A DNA stretch of 62,776 nt, filler included, from Diploschistes diacapsis (taxonomy: Eukaryota), in the NCBI GenBank assembly GCA_023645945.1. It is 6 parts of 6 records of this genome, joined end to end, with 100 filler letters (N's around TTAATTAATTAA, not from the genome) between each part and the next. Parts side by side here need not be neighbours in the genome. Positions count along the whole stretch, not along the records: positions 31,485 to 41,874 come from JALAIB010000933.1; positions 41,975 to 52,326 come from JALAIB010000934.1; 4 more parts are not named here. One strand, written 5' to 3'. This document shows positions 36,475-51,082 of this stretch, piece by piece. The notes under the pieces were generated by a model. It worked only from the letters and a program-made list of their open reading frames with translations, was not told where the DNA came from and made no database searches. Both the position numbers and the translations under genes were made by a program. The stretch's first letter is position 1, and each line of letters begins with the position of its first letter.

Positions 36475-37909
36475 TGGTCAGGTGGTCGACAGTGTTCATA
36501 AAACAATGCAAAGGCAAGGACAAGGACGAAGAAGAGAGGGAAGAGGAGGAGACCAAAAGTCCATCTTCGTGAGGCCAGCATTCGCTTTGCTTGATTTTTA
36601 GAAAATTATCCACCCTAGTCTAGCGTCGTGCCTAGCACATCCCGTCTTTTCAGCCTTGTCCTGTAGTGGTGTCGGATGCAGAGAGGCGAATGCAAGTGCA
36701 GTGGGCCTATCGGAAGCTGTGGAAAGGTACAGTTGTTTAGAAAATAAAGTTCTATAGTAGGAAGGTGATCTGTCGATCCCAGCACATAGGGCCTTGCCCA
36801 TCTTGACAATGTTCTGGCGGTTGTGGCCTTCACACCTGCCGTTTCGATACTGTAGTCATTGTAGCAGAGCTTCAAATTTGGATCCGCGGCTTAGGCATAT
36901 TAGAACGCAACTGCGCTTGTGAATTGTGATGTGCGCCTTCATGCCCGCAGCAACGTCCTGTTACTAGTCCAAGTACCGCTGCTGACCCAGCTGGGAAGTT
37001 GTTTTTTTGTACCAGACCAGGTTATGACAGCGCATGATTGGGCCGTTGGTCTCAGTTGGAGACATAATCTGGTCATCCCTCTGGGTAGGTGTATACATTC
37101 TGCTGCGGTTCAGCCGGCCACTACTTCATAGAGTTGGCGGGCAGTTAGTTGAGCCCAGTCTGCTGTATTATCAAGCTCTTTCACATTAAACAGATTGCTG
37201 AGCTCGTCGTTGTCGGTGACAGTACCGAAATAGAGTAGTCCAGCTGCCATGGCTGCCATATTGAGACCTGTTATAGCCTGTGCGCGGCTTTGAAAGAATG
37301 GAAATGGGAAAGCTAGCAGCAGAAAAACATTGTATGGAGATGAGACATAGCTTTCTCTTTCCTTCTCTAGATACAGAAAGATTCAAGAATTCTGGCTATA
37401 TTTTTATTATACTCCGGTTCCGAATGCCCTATCAGATTTTATCTCGCAGGTAGTGCCAAGGATATTTTTAGCCAGGAAATTTAACCGGTATCTAGTGGTA
37501 GGCTCGTGGCGTTGGACAGAGGTCAACCCCGAAAGTAAGCAGACACTAACTGAATCAAGCCAAGCGGCTAAAAGTACAGAGATAAACTGTAAAAGTAGGG
37601 AGTCTCTGCTCTGTATTAGGCTGAAAGTGGTTCTGCGCATCTTTTTGCCTGGTACGCTACTACCCGCATTTTCAAAGGGTGCAGAAGAAACTCTAGTAGT
37701 CACATGATCACATCGTTCTGGTCAGCTCGAGGGTTACCTACCTACCTGACTGCCCTGCTGTGCTATAGTGATAGCATGTCAAGTCATGCAGTATATATTC
37801 AGTTCATCTTTTCGTATGTACAACAACCATCCCTATTCCCGACCCCATAACGCGTTCAATCCTCGCTATTGGAACAGAATAAAAACAGCGTGCCCCTACA
37901 CCCTTGCCA

Positions 37910-39603
37910 CTAGCTCTCCAAAAACGTCAAAATGGCCGCACTCGAATACGGGAGCACAACGCTCACGCTCCCATTACTCGAAATCGGCACCCTCTCCCCT
38001 GTCGTAACGTTCTTCAGTACCACCGGCTTTCCTTGTTCCAGCTCGTGGTTATACGAGTATCCGTCCCACGTAATGCCCGTGATGGCGTCGCTGCCGTTCG
38101 CCAGCAACCGCTGTACGCGCGCGCTGCTCTCGTCTGTCCCGCTGAGGCTGAACGTATACGTAATGTTGGGTCTCGGGCTCGTGTTCACCGGCCCCGTTCC
38201 GTTGCCGCCGATCGTATAGTTGTACTCGACCATGTTCACCACCAAAAGCCTCGCAAGTTTCCCGTCCTCGTACGCTAGATACGCCGTCTCCCGCTCGTCC
38301 GGTAGAGGGACGTTCGCAATACTTGTGTTGTGCACGACGAGGTTCCCTAGCATCGCGGCCACGGCAATGTTGCCGTAGTACGGCGCCTTGGTGCCTATGC
38401 TTGTCTTGTCCGTCGCAACGGGTTGCCAGCTGGCGTACCGGTAGTCGGTGCCCTGGTGCATGTGCACACGATGGATGCCCTGCGAGGCGCACCACAGGTT
38501 AAAGTCGAGACCCCATAGGGCGGCGCCGAAGGAGTTCGACAGTCCGGGAGCCCCTTCATTGTAAAGGCTGTTGGTTTCACCGAGGATAAATGGGACCGAA
38601 AAGTTTGATAGTTGGGAAGATTCGTTGAGCTGGGAAGATATGGATGCGACAGTGGATGTGTGGTTCATGAGGGTACCCTGGAGGGTTACGCCAGGAACGG
38701 TGGCGCCGTTGATGTAGCTACTCCTTGTTAGTCACAGACGGAAGTTACAATGAGACGAGTAGAATGCACTTGTGGGAGGAAATCAGCTTGATGTCCTTGT
38801 CTGCGTCAAGTGAATCGTGCCAGGTTCGTACAGGATCGAGGCTATTGTGTGTGCCAGCGAACGAGGGCGCAATATAGCCATAGGCAGAAGAGCAGTTGGC
38901 TGAGACAAGCGATTTGATCAACCGAGTCTTGTTCAGCCATTCGTCCACGTAACTGTGTTCATTCCAGGTGGACGGCCTAGTCACGCCCTGTGCGGAGGTC
39001 TTGTAGAGGTCTGGCTCATTTCCAAGCTCGAACGCAAGCAGCTGAGCTCCTGATAGAGCATTACATGCCAAAGGCACGGTGGCCAGCAGAGTGTTGTATC
39101 CTGCGCTGCCGTTACTGGCAAGGTTGAACCCGTGGATGAACTGCACGCCGGGCCAGGTAGAGTATGATTCGAAAAAGGATTTTCCAATGCTCAGAATGGT
39201 GGGATAGTCGCTCGATCGGTTTGTGTAGGTGCCATTGGTGGCGACTTGAAGGCTCGCGTCATAGATTGCATAGTCCTGGGTGTTCCCTCCAACTCGGATG
39301 ATGGGTTTGCTGCCCGTCAAGTTCCCAAGGTTGTTGAGGAGGTTGTACGAAAAGGTATTCGGAGAAGAAACGTTGCCTGCATCGGCTTAAGTTTCAGATA
39401 ACAACATAGATGGATAAGCAATCGCGAAATGAAATACCTGCATAGTCGGGAAAGAAGGCGAATTCGATTGAGAAACTGACAAAAGACTGCGGAATTGGGG
39501 CACTAGGGCTGATGGTGGTTGCATCGCCGAGAGAGACGACGGATGGCGACCCCTCGGAGCCAATAAGATGTAAGATAATCGGCAGCAAAAGCAACGGCAG
39601 CAT
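37910..39603 (-). CDS. Secreted glycoside hydrolase family 79 (beta-glucuronidase-like), 3 exons
   Basis: Signal peptide; SFVSFSIEFAFFPDYAG; IRVGGNTQD; catalytic motifs FELGNEPD and LGETNS; SNSFGAALW. Confidence 0.92.
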
Positions 39604-40672
39604 CGTGATCGATTCGAGTGATTCTTTGATGCAAGATGGTCATTGAGGATGGCCTTGAGAGTCATCATATTGCCACTGCAAGCGAAGCACCCCAAACAAA
39701 AGGATGAGGGGTTCAACGTGGTTCTCCTCGCGCCAAATCTTTGCGGGGCGGCAGCATTACATAAGCTTCAGGACGGATCAACCCCTTAAGTTAGCATATG
39801 AAGCACGTCTGTTCAATAGGCCAAATGGCTTCCTACATATTCTGTGGGCTGGCTCCCACTTGGCTTGCTGTGACGCTCAGCCCCCGTTCGGACTTCAAAA
39901 GGCGTTATAGTTGAAGCCCCTCCTCCAACGGCATTTCGTGGACACTGTATATGATATGCTCACCACCGGATATAAATAGCCTGGAGTGACCAGAGGAAGA
40001 CAACGGAGTGCTCCGGTTTAAAGTGATTTACAGGACATGGACCTTGGACTGCGGTGCAATTGCCTTGAGCCTCAATCGTAAATGGGCTATCTGTCTACGG
40101 TGTCCTTGGAGGGTCGAGAGATGGCGCAAGGGGAGAGGGGAGATAGCTGCTGGTACTATATCTTTTGTGTGGGGTTTCATCAGGGAGCACCTTGACATGA
40201 AAATCAGTATGAAACATGGAGGCAGAGTGTCATAACTTTCAACATTCTGCTGCCATTTTGCTATCTGCTTTCTTATGCATATCTATCAAACCTCCACAAG
40301 CGGCTGTTGGCGGGTGTTTTGATCTCCCGAGGCGAGTGAATTAACCAAACTCTAATATGAAAGGGCTCCAAGGATATCAATAAAAGAAAGCTGGCCTGTC
40401 CTGCGTAGCATAGCAGCATCAATCCGGGCTGCCCTGCTCGTAGGCAAGCAGTATCATCGTTTGCCGGTATACCGACCAACGCCGGAATGAAAACATCCAA
40501 ATCCTTCCCTCATTCTGGCTCCCTTTCCATCAGAATCTGAAATACTGACCCTCAACTTGGGGTCGGGAGACCAGCTCTCCCTTAGAGTGTGCGCCCATAT
40601 GCTATGCCAGAGCTTCCTCATCCTTAAAGACGGGGTACCGACACCCTAGACGTTAGCGCTTAGCGCGGGAAG

Positions 40673-41874
40673 TGTTATTCTGCCTTATGAAGCACCTGTA
40701 ATTTATAGATATGTTGGATTTTCCGGGAGTACTTACTGCACTATATAAATTTATATAAAGCATCAAGTACTTCGGAAATCCTCTTTTATTTATTTACTTT
40801 TTTATTGCTTATTTTAAATTTTTCTTTCATTTTTTTCTTCTTTTATTAATATATTTAATAAATATACGATATCTAATCTGCCTACGCCGTCGCCCGTGAC
40901 TTTTAACGTTACTATCGATATCCCGACGACGTCTAAATTTTCGATTTATTTTCGAACGAGCTCGCCCGTTTTAATAACGTCCTTTATGCGTTCGTCGCGT
41001 TTAACCTTCTTACGTTTGCCGCGTTCGATCTTTCTACGCCCGCGTTTGACCCCGATCGCGCCTTTCCGTCATCGCTAATATCTTTATTTTCGATTAAGAA
41101 GCTTTATAACTTTTTTCCGGGCCTTTATAAAAAAAACGCGTTTATTCGTCGTCGCGGACGTTTTTAGGATATTTACGACGGAATTCAACGCGTTTTAACC
41201 CGGGTTTCGTTTTTTATTTATTCCGGCGTAAAAGTTTTGCGTCGGTAAATTTAAGCATAACTTAAATTTCCGAGAAAATAAACGGATACCGAATTAAAAT
41301 AATAACGCGTTACGTTATTATTATAATTTTTAAAAAAAATGGTAATTTTTTTATCGATATTTTTAATTAATTAAATACGTTATTAACGACGTATTTACGT
41401 AAAAATATTAAAAGTAAATCGTCGTTATATTTAATAACGACGGTTTTATTATTTACGAAAATATAAAGGAAGTTTATTTTTTTATATAAACGAATTCGGA
41501 CGTTGTCGTTTAACGAACGCGGCGTTTATAAATAAATAATTTTTTTAAAAACGATTTTTTATTAATTACGATAATTTAAAAAGGGTTTAAAAAATTTATA
41601 GATTTTTTTTTATAATTAAAAAGTTACGGCGGAACGAGAACCGTTTAAAACCCGCGACGGTCTTATACGCGCCTTTCTAAACGCCGTAGGCGGCCTCGCT
41701 GGCGAAATACGACATCGCGCGAAAGATAAACTAACTAAGAAAGAATAAAAAACACGAAAAAGGAATGAAAAACGGCCTTAACGCCGTCAGAATGGATTAA
41801 AAGGAAAAAAAAAAGGGATTTACGTGGTCTTAATACTATATTTTTCATATATAGACGTATATAGAGCTTTAAAT
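40673..41874 (+). mobile_element. Second copy of the TG..CA inverted-repeat element (truncated by contig end)
   Basis: Begins TGTTATTCTGCCTTATG at the sharp switch to AT-rich DNA; matches the reverse complement of about 16000-16980. Confidence 0.8.
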
Positions 41875-42138
41875 NNNNNNNNNNNNNNNNNNNNNNNNNN
41901 NNNNNNNNNNNNNNNNNNTTAATTAATTAANNNNNNNNNNNNNNNNNNNNNNNNNNNNNNNNNNNNNNNNNNNNTTTTAGGGGGGAGTATATTACTTGGT
42001 CTCGAAAATTCCTCCGTTTGGGGAGGGAGGGTGTGCATATAAAGAAGAGTGGAATACTATCCTCATATGTGAGGCGGATGTTGGAAATCAAAAAATAGCT
42101 CACAAGTCTTTCAACGGCTCTTACTTGATAAAGTACGC

Positions 42139-43701
42139 ATGGCGATGCAAACTGAGGTCGAGGCTGGGCTGGATATTGAACCCCCTACAAAGATTGACCT
42201 TGTGGGCAGTGTTGGGGATGCAGAGATCTCTTCGCCGCCTGCTGCTGCGGAGAGAGCGAGTTTGAAGGCCGCTCCCCCTTTGGAGCCGATGCGGACGAAC
42301 GATCCAGATCAGGCTCCAGAGGGTGCAACAGTCTTTACAACGCCCAATGTCAGGAACGTTAGAGACAAGCTTTTCAGCACGTACTTTGCCGTCTTCACTG
42401 CTGGGCTGAACGGTGCGTTTTATCCACCATATTCCTCTTGAAAAGTTGGCGCTCACCATAAAGTACTCCGCAGACGCTGCCTTTGGGACTCTGATCCCCT
42501 TTCTCCTGCCCGCCTACGATGTAGGGCTCCTTCAGATCGCCATAGTATACCTAATCAACTTCGTCGGATGGCTCATAGCCGCCTTTACGAACGTGCACGT
42601 CACGTCTCGCATCGGGCAAGGGGGTGTCCTCGTCTTTGGCGGTCTCTGCCAGGTGCTTGCCTTCTCGCTCATGCTGTGGAAGCCGCCTTTCCCGCTGTTT
42701 GCCGCATCCTTCTTTCTCACCGGTCTCGGCGCCGCGTATCAAGACGCTCAAGCCAATACCTTCGCGGCTAATGTGGAAAACGCATATTTCTGGCTCGGTA
42801 TGCTGCATGCCGCGTATGGCTTGGGCGTGCTGATAGCGCCTCTGATTGCCACGACTATTGCAGCGAGGACACCGCATTGGAATTACTATTATTGCGTAAT
42901 GCTAGGAGTGGCAGCCATTAACGTTGCTCTGCTGGGATACACCTTTCGACATGCACTGTTCAGACCAGCCTCGAAGGAGGCGAGAGAAACTGCGGGTACG
43001 GAGCTGAAGCAAGCATTGCGCCGGAAAGAGGTGTGGATTCTAAGTGCTTTCTTCCTTCTCTACGTTGGTGCAGAAACGACCGCTGGTGGTATGACCCTTC
43101 GAATCCCTCAGACAGAGCTGTTGTGAGCCCGTGGCTGACTACTTTGACATGCAGGGTGGGTGGTCCAGTTCCTCGTCACCATACGAGGAGGAAACGCCGG
43201 ACAGGTTGGATACGTTGCCAGCGGCTTTTGGGGAGGTCTCACTCTAGGCCGTGTCCTACTATCGGGTGTCGTCAACAGGTTTGGCGAACGAGGAACGATC
43301 CTGTTCTCGATAGCGTGTGCACTGGGCATGCAATTCTTGTTCTGGTTCGTGCCCAATATCATCGCTGATGCGGTCTTTATCAGCTTTCTCGGCTTCTGCA
43401 TCGCTCAGTTCTTCCCTGTGGGAATATCTGTGTTGACCAAGCTCCTTCCTAGGGAGCTCCACGTCGCTGCAGTTGGTGAGTTCATTGCCACACCACCCCT
43501 TTGAACAGCTCATTGATTTTGTTAACTCTAGGCTTTGTCGCGACGACTGGTCAAGCCGGGTCTGCCGCGTTCCCATTCCTGACTGGTGCCATTGCGTCCG
43601 CAAGGGGTGTTCAGGTTTTGCAGCCTATTATGGTGGCGCTTTTGGCCGGCATGTTCATTCTGTGGCCGTTGTTGCCTAAAGTGAAGAAGCCAATACAATA
43701 G
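42139..43701 (+). CDS. MFS transporter (BSC6/FucP-like), 4 exons
   Basis: AGLN|DAAFGTLIP, AYQDAQAN, LGMLHAAYGLGVLIAP, LYVGAETTAGG|W, GFWGGLTLGR and GQAGSAAFPFLTG; multiple hydrophobic helices. Confidence 0.9.
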
Positions 43702-43899
43702 TTTGTCTGGCCGATTCTCTCCCTAGGGACGATTAAGGAATACACGCTCTGCATTTGCAATCTGGGTTTCAGCATCAGCAGTTATGACTTTGATTCTTAC
43801 CGTGAAAGCTGCCGTCCCGCCCATCCTATTCATGGTAGTTAAAATTCTGTAACGGAGACTCTCTGCAAGCGAGCAAAGTGGTAGTCTGGTTGTGGGTAG

Positions 43900-44860
43900 G
43901 GTTAGGCTTGGTTGTAGCAAGGTCTGCAGATTCTTTGTATGTACTTTCGGACAAAACGTATTTCCTATTGGGGATACTGCTAAGCCATCAACAAACCTTC
44001 GTCAGATCCGAGTTTGGGCAACACGAGGAGTTGATAGATATTAGTACAACATACAGACCTGCGAGACAGGGTATTCATTGAACTTTATGCACTTAGTAAG
44101 CCTCCTTGATCCTCTTTAGAGATCGGTCAAGAGTTCGTAACGGTAACAGCTGCCCGTAGTAAAAGGAAAGAATTTGTAACAGCCAGCCGTCCCACTAGCA
44201 TTAGGATCCCGGTCTTGGAGAGCTGAGCCAGCAGATTCGTCGTGAACCGATCTGCAAAAGGCTTGAGGCCTGGGCCTGAGGGAAACCTGTGGATTGACGA
44301 GTAATGAAGATAATCAATACGAAGGTAAGATGGGATAGACGAAGCTGGGTGTGGCGAGGCATTGACTCCTGAGTCGTCGGACAACCATAAAGCAAGGGTT
44401 TCTTTCGGGAGGTTCAGAATTGTCTGTACTGCAAGCGATTTGTAGGCGCGAGTATGCAATTCGGATTCTCTAAAAACAGACTGAATGCTCCTGGTTCCCG
44501 AAATGATATAGAAGTCGGTGACAAGTAGATTCAGTCATACTGGAGAATATCCTTGAACGAAGATCTGGAGAGGTCAGAGATAGGAGGATGAATCTCAGAG
44601 GCATATACATGACATTGTCCAAGAACACGCAACTGTTCCGGTGGGCTACCTTTGCCCTTTGAAAGCTTCAGACTACGTACTATACTATACGATGTAGCAA
44701 GACGTAGAGGAAAAGACATATCCTGCAGGTATAGGTAGGCACGGACATACAGAGCATAATAGTAGTCAGGCATACCGTCCTTCTGTAGACCATCAAGATA
44801 AGACGTATACTCGCAGTGGCTTCAACACGGCAGTCTTCTATGAAAAGAAATCGTAGTCAT
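43900..44860 (-). pseudogene. Cytochrome P450 N-terminal relic
   Basis: FYIISGTRSIQSVFRESELH...SDDSGVNASPHPASSIPSYLRIDYL...SGPGLKPFADRF resembles fungal CYP7-like P450s. Stops and frameshifts follow, and no haem-binding motif was found. Confidence 0.55.
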
Positions 44861-45858
44861 GAACACAAGTTGCTGTTAGTATGCCTCCTGGACGAGCGTA
44901 GTTAGTCAAATTGGGGCCACAAAGTTCCTTGTACTTGCGATTGAAACGAGCATTGGAAATGTTTCCATTGAGGATATCCGCACTCTATCTAAGTGGGCGA
45001 TTCCGCGATATTCCGAGTTCCCCCATGAAGCTATTCACGCTGATTTGAGGCATTCGATCCCGTCTAATTCGCTCCTCCTACCCGGTAACTCCCCTCACGA
45101 GATTGCAGGGAAATACCTGCAGGAAGGCTCGCGCCAGCAGCATGATTGATGTCTTAGTTGTGGTGCGAGAGAGGTGCCTTGGTGCATCAGACGAACCAAT
45201 TTGAAGTTTGTGCCAAGGAACAGCTGGACAGTAACTGTCACAGACATGCTGCCGGAAGTCTCTACTTGGAGGACGGGAAGAGGAAGAGATAGTTTGCCTA
45301 GCTCCACCAGTGCGAACACGAATGCGGAGCGGAAGAGACAGGGGTACAGGATAGAGAGGATGTTGAGATAGGATTCGAAGCGAGCCTCGACAGCAGTATA
45401 AGGTATAAGGAGAATGGAAGTAGGAGCAAGCATATCCAGATATCACTGGGCTTTAGTTTATTAGCAAAGGAGAGGACTGGTTCTCCTCTGGTGTTGCACA
45501 TTCATGCTGTGGAATTCGAATTTCTTGATTGGTCTCCTAGCCCATTAATGCGGGAGAATGTGTGAATATTCATTATAACTGATTGGCAGATCATCGATAT
45601 ATTATTGACTGGCTTTTCACCACCACCTAAAAGGGCCTTCCAGTTTTCCTCTCAGTCTGGCCAAGCATAGCACAGCCTCCATCATCAACTACTGTCATCG
45701 CCGAAACCTTCAATCCTTCCCATCCAACTGGCCTCAAGGATCAATCAGCAAGGCTCTGATTCGTACTAGAGACTGATCACGATATTTTCTCCTGGTTAAG
45801 TGAGATTTTTGCGCACAAGGAGGGCAGAAGAGGAGGCAGACTGCATCTCGTCATCACC

Positions 45859-48120
45859 ATGGCCGACCGACCGGGTCAACGATACTCGACGACTCCTCAA
45901 CAAAGCATCGACGACAACGACTCAAGTAATGCGGCCCGCGCAAGGCTCGACGACTTGATGAACAACGACTATTCTCTCGAATCATTCCCAGTAGCAGATG
46001 GCTATCAACCACCCTCTCGGTCTCGCGCTACCGACTCATCCTCATCAAGTCCACCACGTACATACTCTCGCAGATCCGTTGCCCTTCAGACATACCCGTC
46101 CTCATCATTCCCAGATCCACCGAAGAAAAAACAGCCTCAACGCGACAACACGAGTGGGCTCGCTCCACGGAACTCCTTTTCTCTACGACACGATGCACAG
46201 TATTCTGATCTCCCGCGCCGCATGGCTAGTGTAGCCTCGACTTCTAGTATGACGGAACCATCTCCTTCGAAGCTTTATAGCACCACGTCTCGGTTGCCAA
46301 TTCCCCGACCGACGAGCACCTTCGTTGGAGCATCGGCACCGAGTCACCCATACGGAATGTACCCTCAAAATACGTCATTAACCCGGCAATCTACCATATC
46401 AACAGCCTTCCACCACTCGCCAAGCAGGTCTCTCAGCGGATCGCATAGGCCAATCCATCCATATGCGATGTATACGCAATCGACAGAAGACAATATCGAG
46501 ACCGACCCGTTGCACTCGTCTGGTGATATAGCTAGTGTCGGATTTCCTGGATCGGAGCATCAATATACACGGAGGCTAGGTCCCGAGGGGGAAGAAGCTG
46601 ATGATATTATCGGTGCTGATGGTCATACCGAACAACTGCCACCTTACACGCGATACCCCAATGGGAGGGACGCAAGTCCCATTCCCCCAAAACAGAGAAT
46701 TACCTCGGTCCTGCCTCCTGAATCCAGGATTTCGCATATTTCCCTACAGACACCTCAAACGGCAAATTCGGCTACCCCCATGACTGATCCTCTACTAATC
46801 AATCGAGCTCCCTTCGATGGCGCAATGGACCCTCTTGTTGACGGTGGCAACACCCAAGATCCCAGCACACGAGAGAAACTTGCCAGCAGGTCGAAGCGAA
46901 GGACTTGTTTCGGTCATTTGCCTGTATGGGCAGTGGCACTGATGCTGGCCTTGCTTGTGGTGGTTGCCGCCGTTCTTGGAGCCATAATAGGTCATCTCGT
47001 ATCCCATGCGAGCCATGGGGACCCCCTTCCTACCGTCACTTCAATCCCTGATTCAATGTAAGTATCTACTGTTGATTGGAGTCATCCTTTCTCTCACTAA
47101 TCGCTCGGCAGTGGCCATGTTTCAGTTACGATGATCACTACAATAATCCACGATGCCGCCCCTCTGCAGACAACAGCCAGCAACATACCTCCTGCCCCCA
47201 CAGGCTCCTTCTCCTTGGTCATGGGGGCGCCTTCTGAAAGTTCCGATAGCTGTCTTGAATTTGATCAGGGATTTGCTTGGCAATGTGCTCCTGGAGCGTT
47301 ACTGAATATAGACGTGAGCAACCCCATGTGGGATGCTGCACAAATCACTCTTTCCTCTAACAACGATTCGATGGATTACGGAGGTCCTTCTTACGGGGCT
47401 GCGTCACCCAGCTTCAATGGCTCAGCATCCGCTACTCTTATGAATGATACGAACGATCCCCAACTTGGCCCCGCGCTGTTCTTTTACCAGACATTCGACA
47501 AGGTCGTCGTCCTCCCTACCAACGCCCCGTTAAACTCATCCGCACCGACCAGGCGATCCGCGCTTTTGGATCTCGCCGAACGTGATTCTCCTCACGGGCT
47601 GCAAGAGGGTGACCAGGCTTGGGTTTGTTACTGGAACGGCACAAAGCTGGAAGGGTTCATCTACGTGGAACAATACACAGCAGCGAACGCCAATAACTCG
47701 GCCATCGCAAGCTCGATAGCTACCACGGATGTGTCTCAGCCTACTCCTTCCGCTACGTCAAATGAGAAGAGACGCGAACATCACCACCATCACGATTTCT
47801 TCGACGAAAATAGTAAGAGCGGGTCTGGGCCTTCGAACATGCCCGCGCTTTATCCTAGGATAGTCAAGCTTGAGGAACGAAGGGATCCGGAAACGGCACT
47901 CCCGCCATACTGCCAAGTGATGCAGGTACAGGCGGACAACTCTTTTATCCCTGTGCCTGGTAACGCCTCTGTTATTGAGCTTTTAGAGAACGATACGAAT
48001 GGGGACAACGAGAGTGTTGCATCTGTTCCAAGCAAACGGAGCTTAGGAACGAGAGGGTTATCACTGCAGGTGCGACAAAATGGGCCAAACTTCTGTCACT
48101 GCGAATGGCTCAGTCAATGA
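45859..48120 (+). CDS. Fungal single-pass membrane hypothetical protein, 2 exons
   Basis: HPYGMYPQ, EEADDIIGADGHTEQLPPYTRY, a TM helix, intron 47058-47110, and a Cys-containing luminal domain ending CHCEWLSQ. Confidence 0.85.
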
Positions 48121-49132
48121 ACGTCTGGGACTGGAGTCGATCATTTCTATACTATCGCCTAATCTACACGTTTTTCAGCGCTTGGGGTTTTGGGCAAGGG
48201 GCATATGCACAGCATGGTTGGCGTCGAATACGAATGAAGGAGTAAATGCCCAGAGATACAGACTCCTTCGAAAAGGAAGGGGGGTTCTGACTTCCCGGAC
48301 AGCTGCAAATGCTGTGGGATGTCTCGGAAGCCGTAATGATAGTTTTACTGCTCATTGGGGAAGATGAGAGATCTATTAGCAACGAAAAGAAATCTAAATC
48401 TCACTCACCCCTTACCTTTCCTTACTTCCAAGATCTGGCACTGTTATGGATCCCGAGACCTCCCTCCACTCTAGATTGATGAAGAACTGAACGTCTTTAT
48501 GCACAAGCAGGAGTACTAACAAACTTTTTGTAGTATGCTACTAGCAAACAGTACACAGTGATGGTGGTCGTAAGTCCTGGAGAGCGTTAAGTGTCTCCGT
48601 AAGGCTGGAACATCGCGAGCTCTGGCTACAAAAATAGATTTGTCGTATGCTCCCATCGTCAGTGCCTATGGGGCACGGTCAAAGTGGCATTGATATCTCC
48701 TGGCCAAGTTATCTTGTGCTGCTTGCTCGTTACGCGTTCATGTACATGCAACACAGAGTGTGAGTATCTGGACGAGCCATCTTGTCAACCAGGACTGAGG
48801 TACCACCACCTGCGCTACCAATTAGCACATTTCGGATTTTGTCAAGCGGTGCTCTACAGGAGCTTCAACTCATTACAACATTCAGCAGCCATATACGACT
48901 GACGCATCTATTAATCAATCTGATCGCCCCCAGACATGTGTACCTCCTAGCGGTTTATCGCCGAGCTATTGCTATTGCGAGCCAACCAGGGTTTTCCAGG
49001 TCCAGCATCTGACTTTACTATTTGCAGCCCTTCATATTCAGCAAAGAACTTATCCTATCTCCGATTTCTATCCCCCTCTGCGCATCCCAACCTTTTAAAC
49101 AACTAAGAAGCCGTTTGGTATCTCTCCGAAAC

Positions 49133-51082
49133 ATGCCGTGCTTCAAGGGTTTAGCGGTCAGCATCCATACCAACGATGGCCCATTGCCTGAGTACTCGAT
49201 TCAAAAGCAATCACGCATTTCTCGCATCAACTCTTACATCCCCGTTCCTCCGCCTCGAATCTCCGCAACCTCTAACCGAGCAGAATCGTCAACCTTTGCT
49301 ATTTCTATTACGCTCCTCACGCCCGGTTTGAGCGTACCCTATTCCACACCAAAGCCAACGGATGAGGAACCTTATCCTAGGCCCCAACTCGTCGGAAGTC
49401 TACCAGGTCTTGGGCGAAAGAGAGGAGAGAATACAAGCTCTATCAACCCTTACGAGCCACTTACCTCCTCTCCGAACGAGACGATTGCTGCATACATTTA
49501 CTTCGATGGAAGGCAGAAAGAGGAGGTAGCTACCCTGCTACGACGAGGAGAGGAAACATGGGTCAATTCTCGATGGGTCAGCTTGTCGGAGACAGAAGGG
49601 GGCGGTCTGGCCGAAAGAGAGTTCCTATTCCGCGAGGTCGGTCTTGAACGCTGGCTGAACGGCCTTGACCTCGAGGGCAAGGACGTTGCTGCTACTATCG
49701 AAAAACGAAGGCAGAAGATGGAGAAGAAACGAAGGAAGCGGAGAGCCACGCCTCCAGGAAGCGATAACGAGGATGGCCCGGACCAATGGAGGGCAAGACG
49801 TATAAAAGCTAAGAGTGTCCTGAGATACGGTAATGACTCGAGTGCACCTCTGCAGGGGCTGTCGGAAGATGAGGAGATGGAATCTTCCAGCGACGATGAT
49901 TCAGATGACGACCCTATCCCGGAAGCTACCGGCCAGATCAAAGTTGCTCTGTTTCGTGTCTTGGCGTCCGGCGAGATCAAGAAAGGAGAATACTCACCTC
50001 AATTCGATGCTCACGATGACGATGAAGAGTCCTCGAAAGGCGGAGATGGTGGCGAGGCAAACGTTGACCATACTACGAGTTTCGCGAAGCCCAAGAGTCT
50101 TGATCCCAAGTCAATTAGTACACAGACTGTAACAGGCATTGACGGTCCCGACAGACCATATGCTATCTTCACCTTTCTGTATAGGGGTGAAAGTAAGTAT
50201 ACCCTGTGCCTAACAAGTCCCATATTACTAATCGTGACCAGAACAACTTCAGAAAATGGGTATCCTCAAGCCCAAAAAGCCCGCCCCGGAAAAGGTCGAA
50301 CCTGCCCCTTCGAAGAGGAAATCTGTCCAAGCAGGCATCGAAAGCCTCAAGCCCCTGACATCTGGCGCCATAGCGAAGTTCACCGGTATGCGTGATCAAG
50401 CCTCACCACTTGAAAGGAATGGTAAAGTCAAAGGCTCCGACGACATGGATAGCGACGATGAGACAAGCAACATCGACGACAAGTTGAACGACGCCGATGA
50501 CGATGAGATCCACAACAACATGCTGAGTCCCGAGGATGCCAAGAAGCAAGGCGAAATCGCCGAAGGCGTGAGGAAAATTAAGGCATGTACCCGGCTCGTC
50601 GTGGATATCTTGGCGCCTACTGACAGCATCTACAGCTCAAGCGCCAACACTCCGTAGAGCCCCCCACTCCCACCGATGCTGCGTCTGCCACCGCTTCCAG
50701 CAAGTCGCCCAAGATAGCCGAAACTTCGCCAACAGACGCCAACGGTCACCAACTGCTTAGCGATGCGACCTACGACCCTTCCGTCGAGTTCAAGGGCTTT
50801 GATCCCGACCTCATCGGCTCCCCACTTAAGAAGCAACGCGCCAGTCTGTCGGGTGTCGACAGCGAGTTGCGACGCAGCAGTGCCGACACGCTCACGAGAG
50901 GATTAGGATTCGGATACGCCGGGCCTCCGCTCAAGGCTGTCAGCTCGGATATAGGCGCCGAGACCGGGTTCGGAGGGGCTTTGTTGGGCAAGGGGCCCAC
51001 CGCAGCTGCGCCGAAGAAAATGGACGAAGTTCCTGAGATAAAGAAGGAAAGCGAGGGAGGGATGCAGGACGATGAGCTGTGA
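49133..51082 (+). CDS. Fungal hypothetical protein, 3 exons
   Basis: MPCFKGLAVSIH...AAYIYFDGR...GQIKVALFRV...FTFLYRG; introns about 50192-50241 (GT-AG) and 50583-50635 (GC-AG); last exon is in frame with ORF 50867-51082. Confidence 0.85.

Noticed and set aside
34471..41874. H2C2 gene as the transposase of the TG..CA element
   Set aside because: It lies about 5.7 kb outside the element, has no catalytic domain and is not RIP-mutated.
35626..44860. Secondary-metabolite cluster (methyltransferase, GH79, MFS, P450)
   Set aside because: It spans an artificial linker, there is no backbone synthase, and the P450 is a relic.
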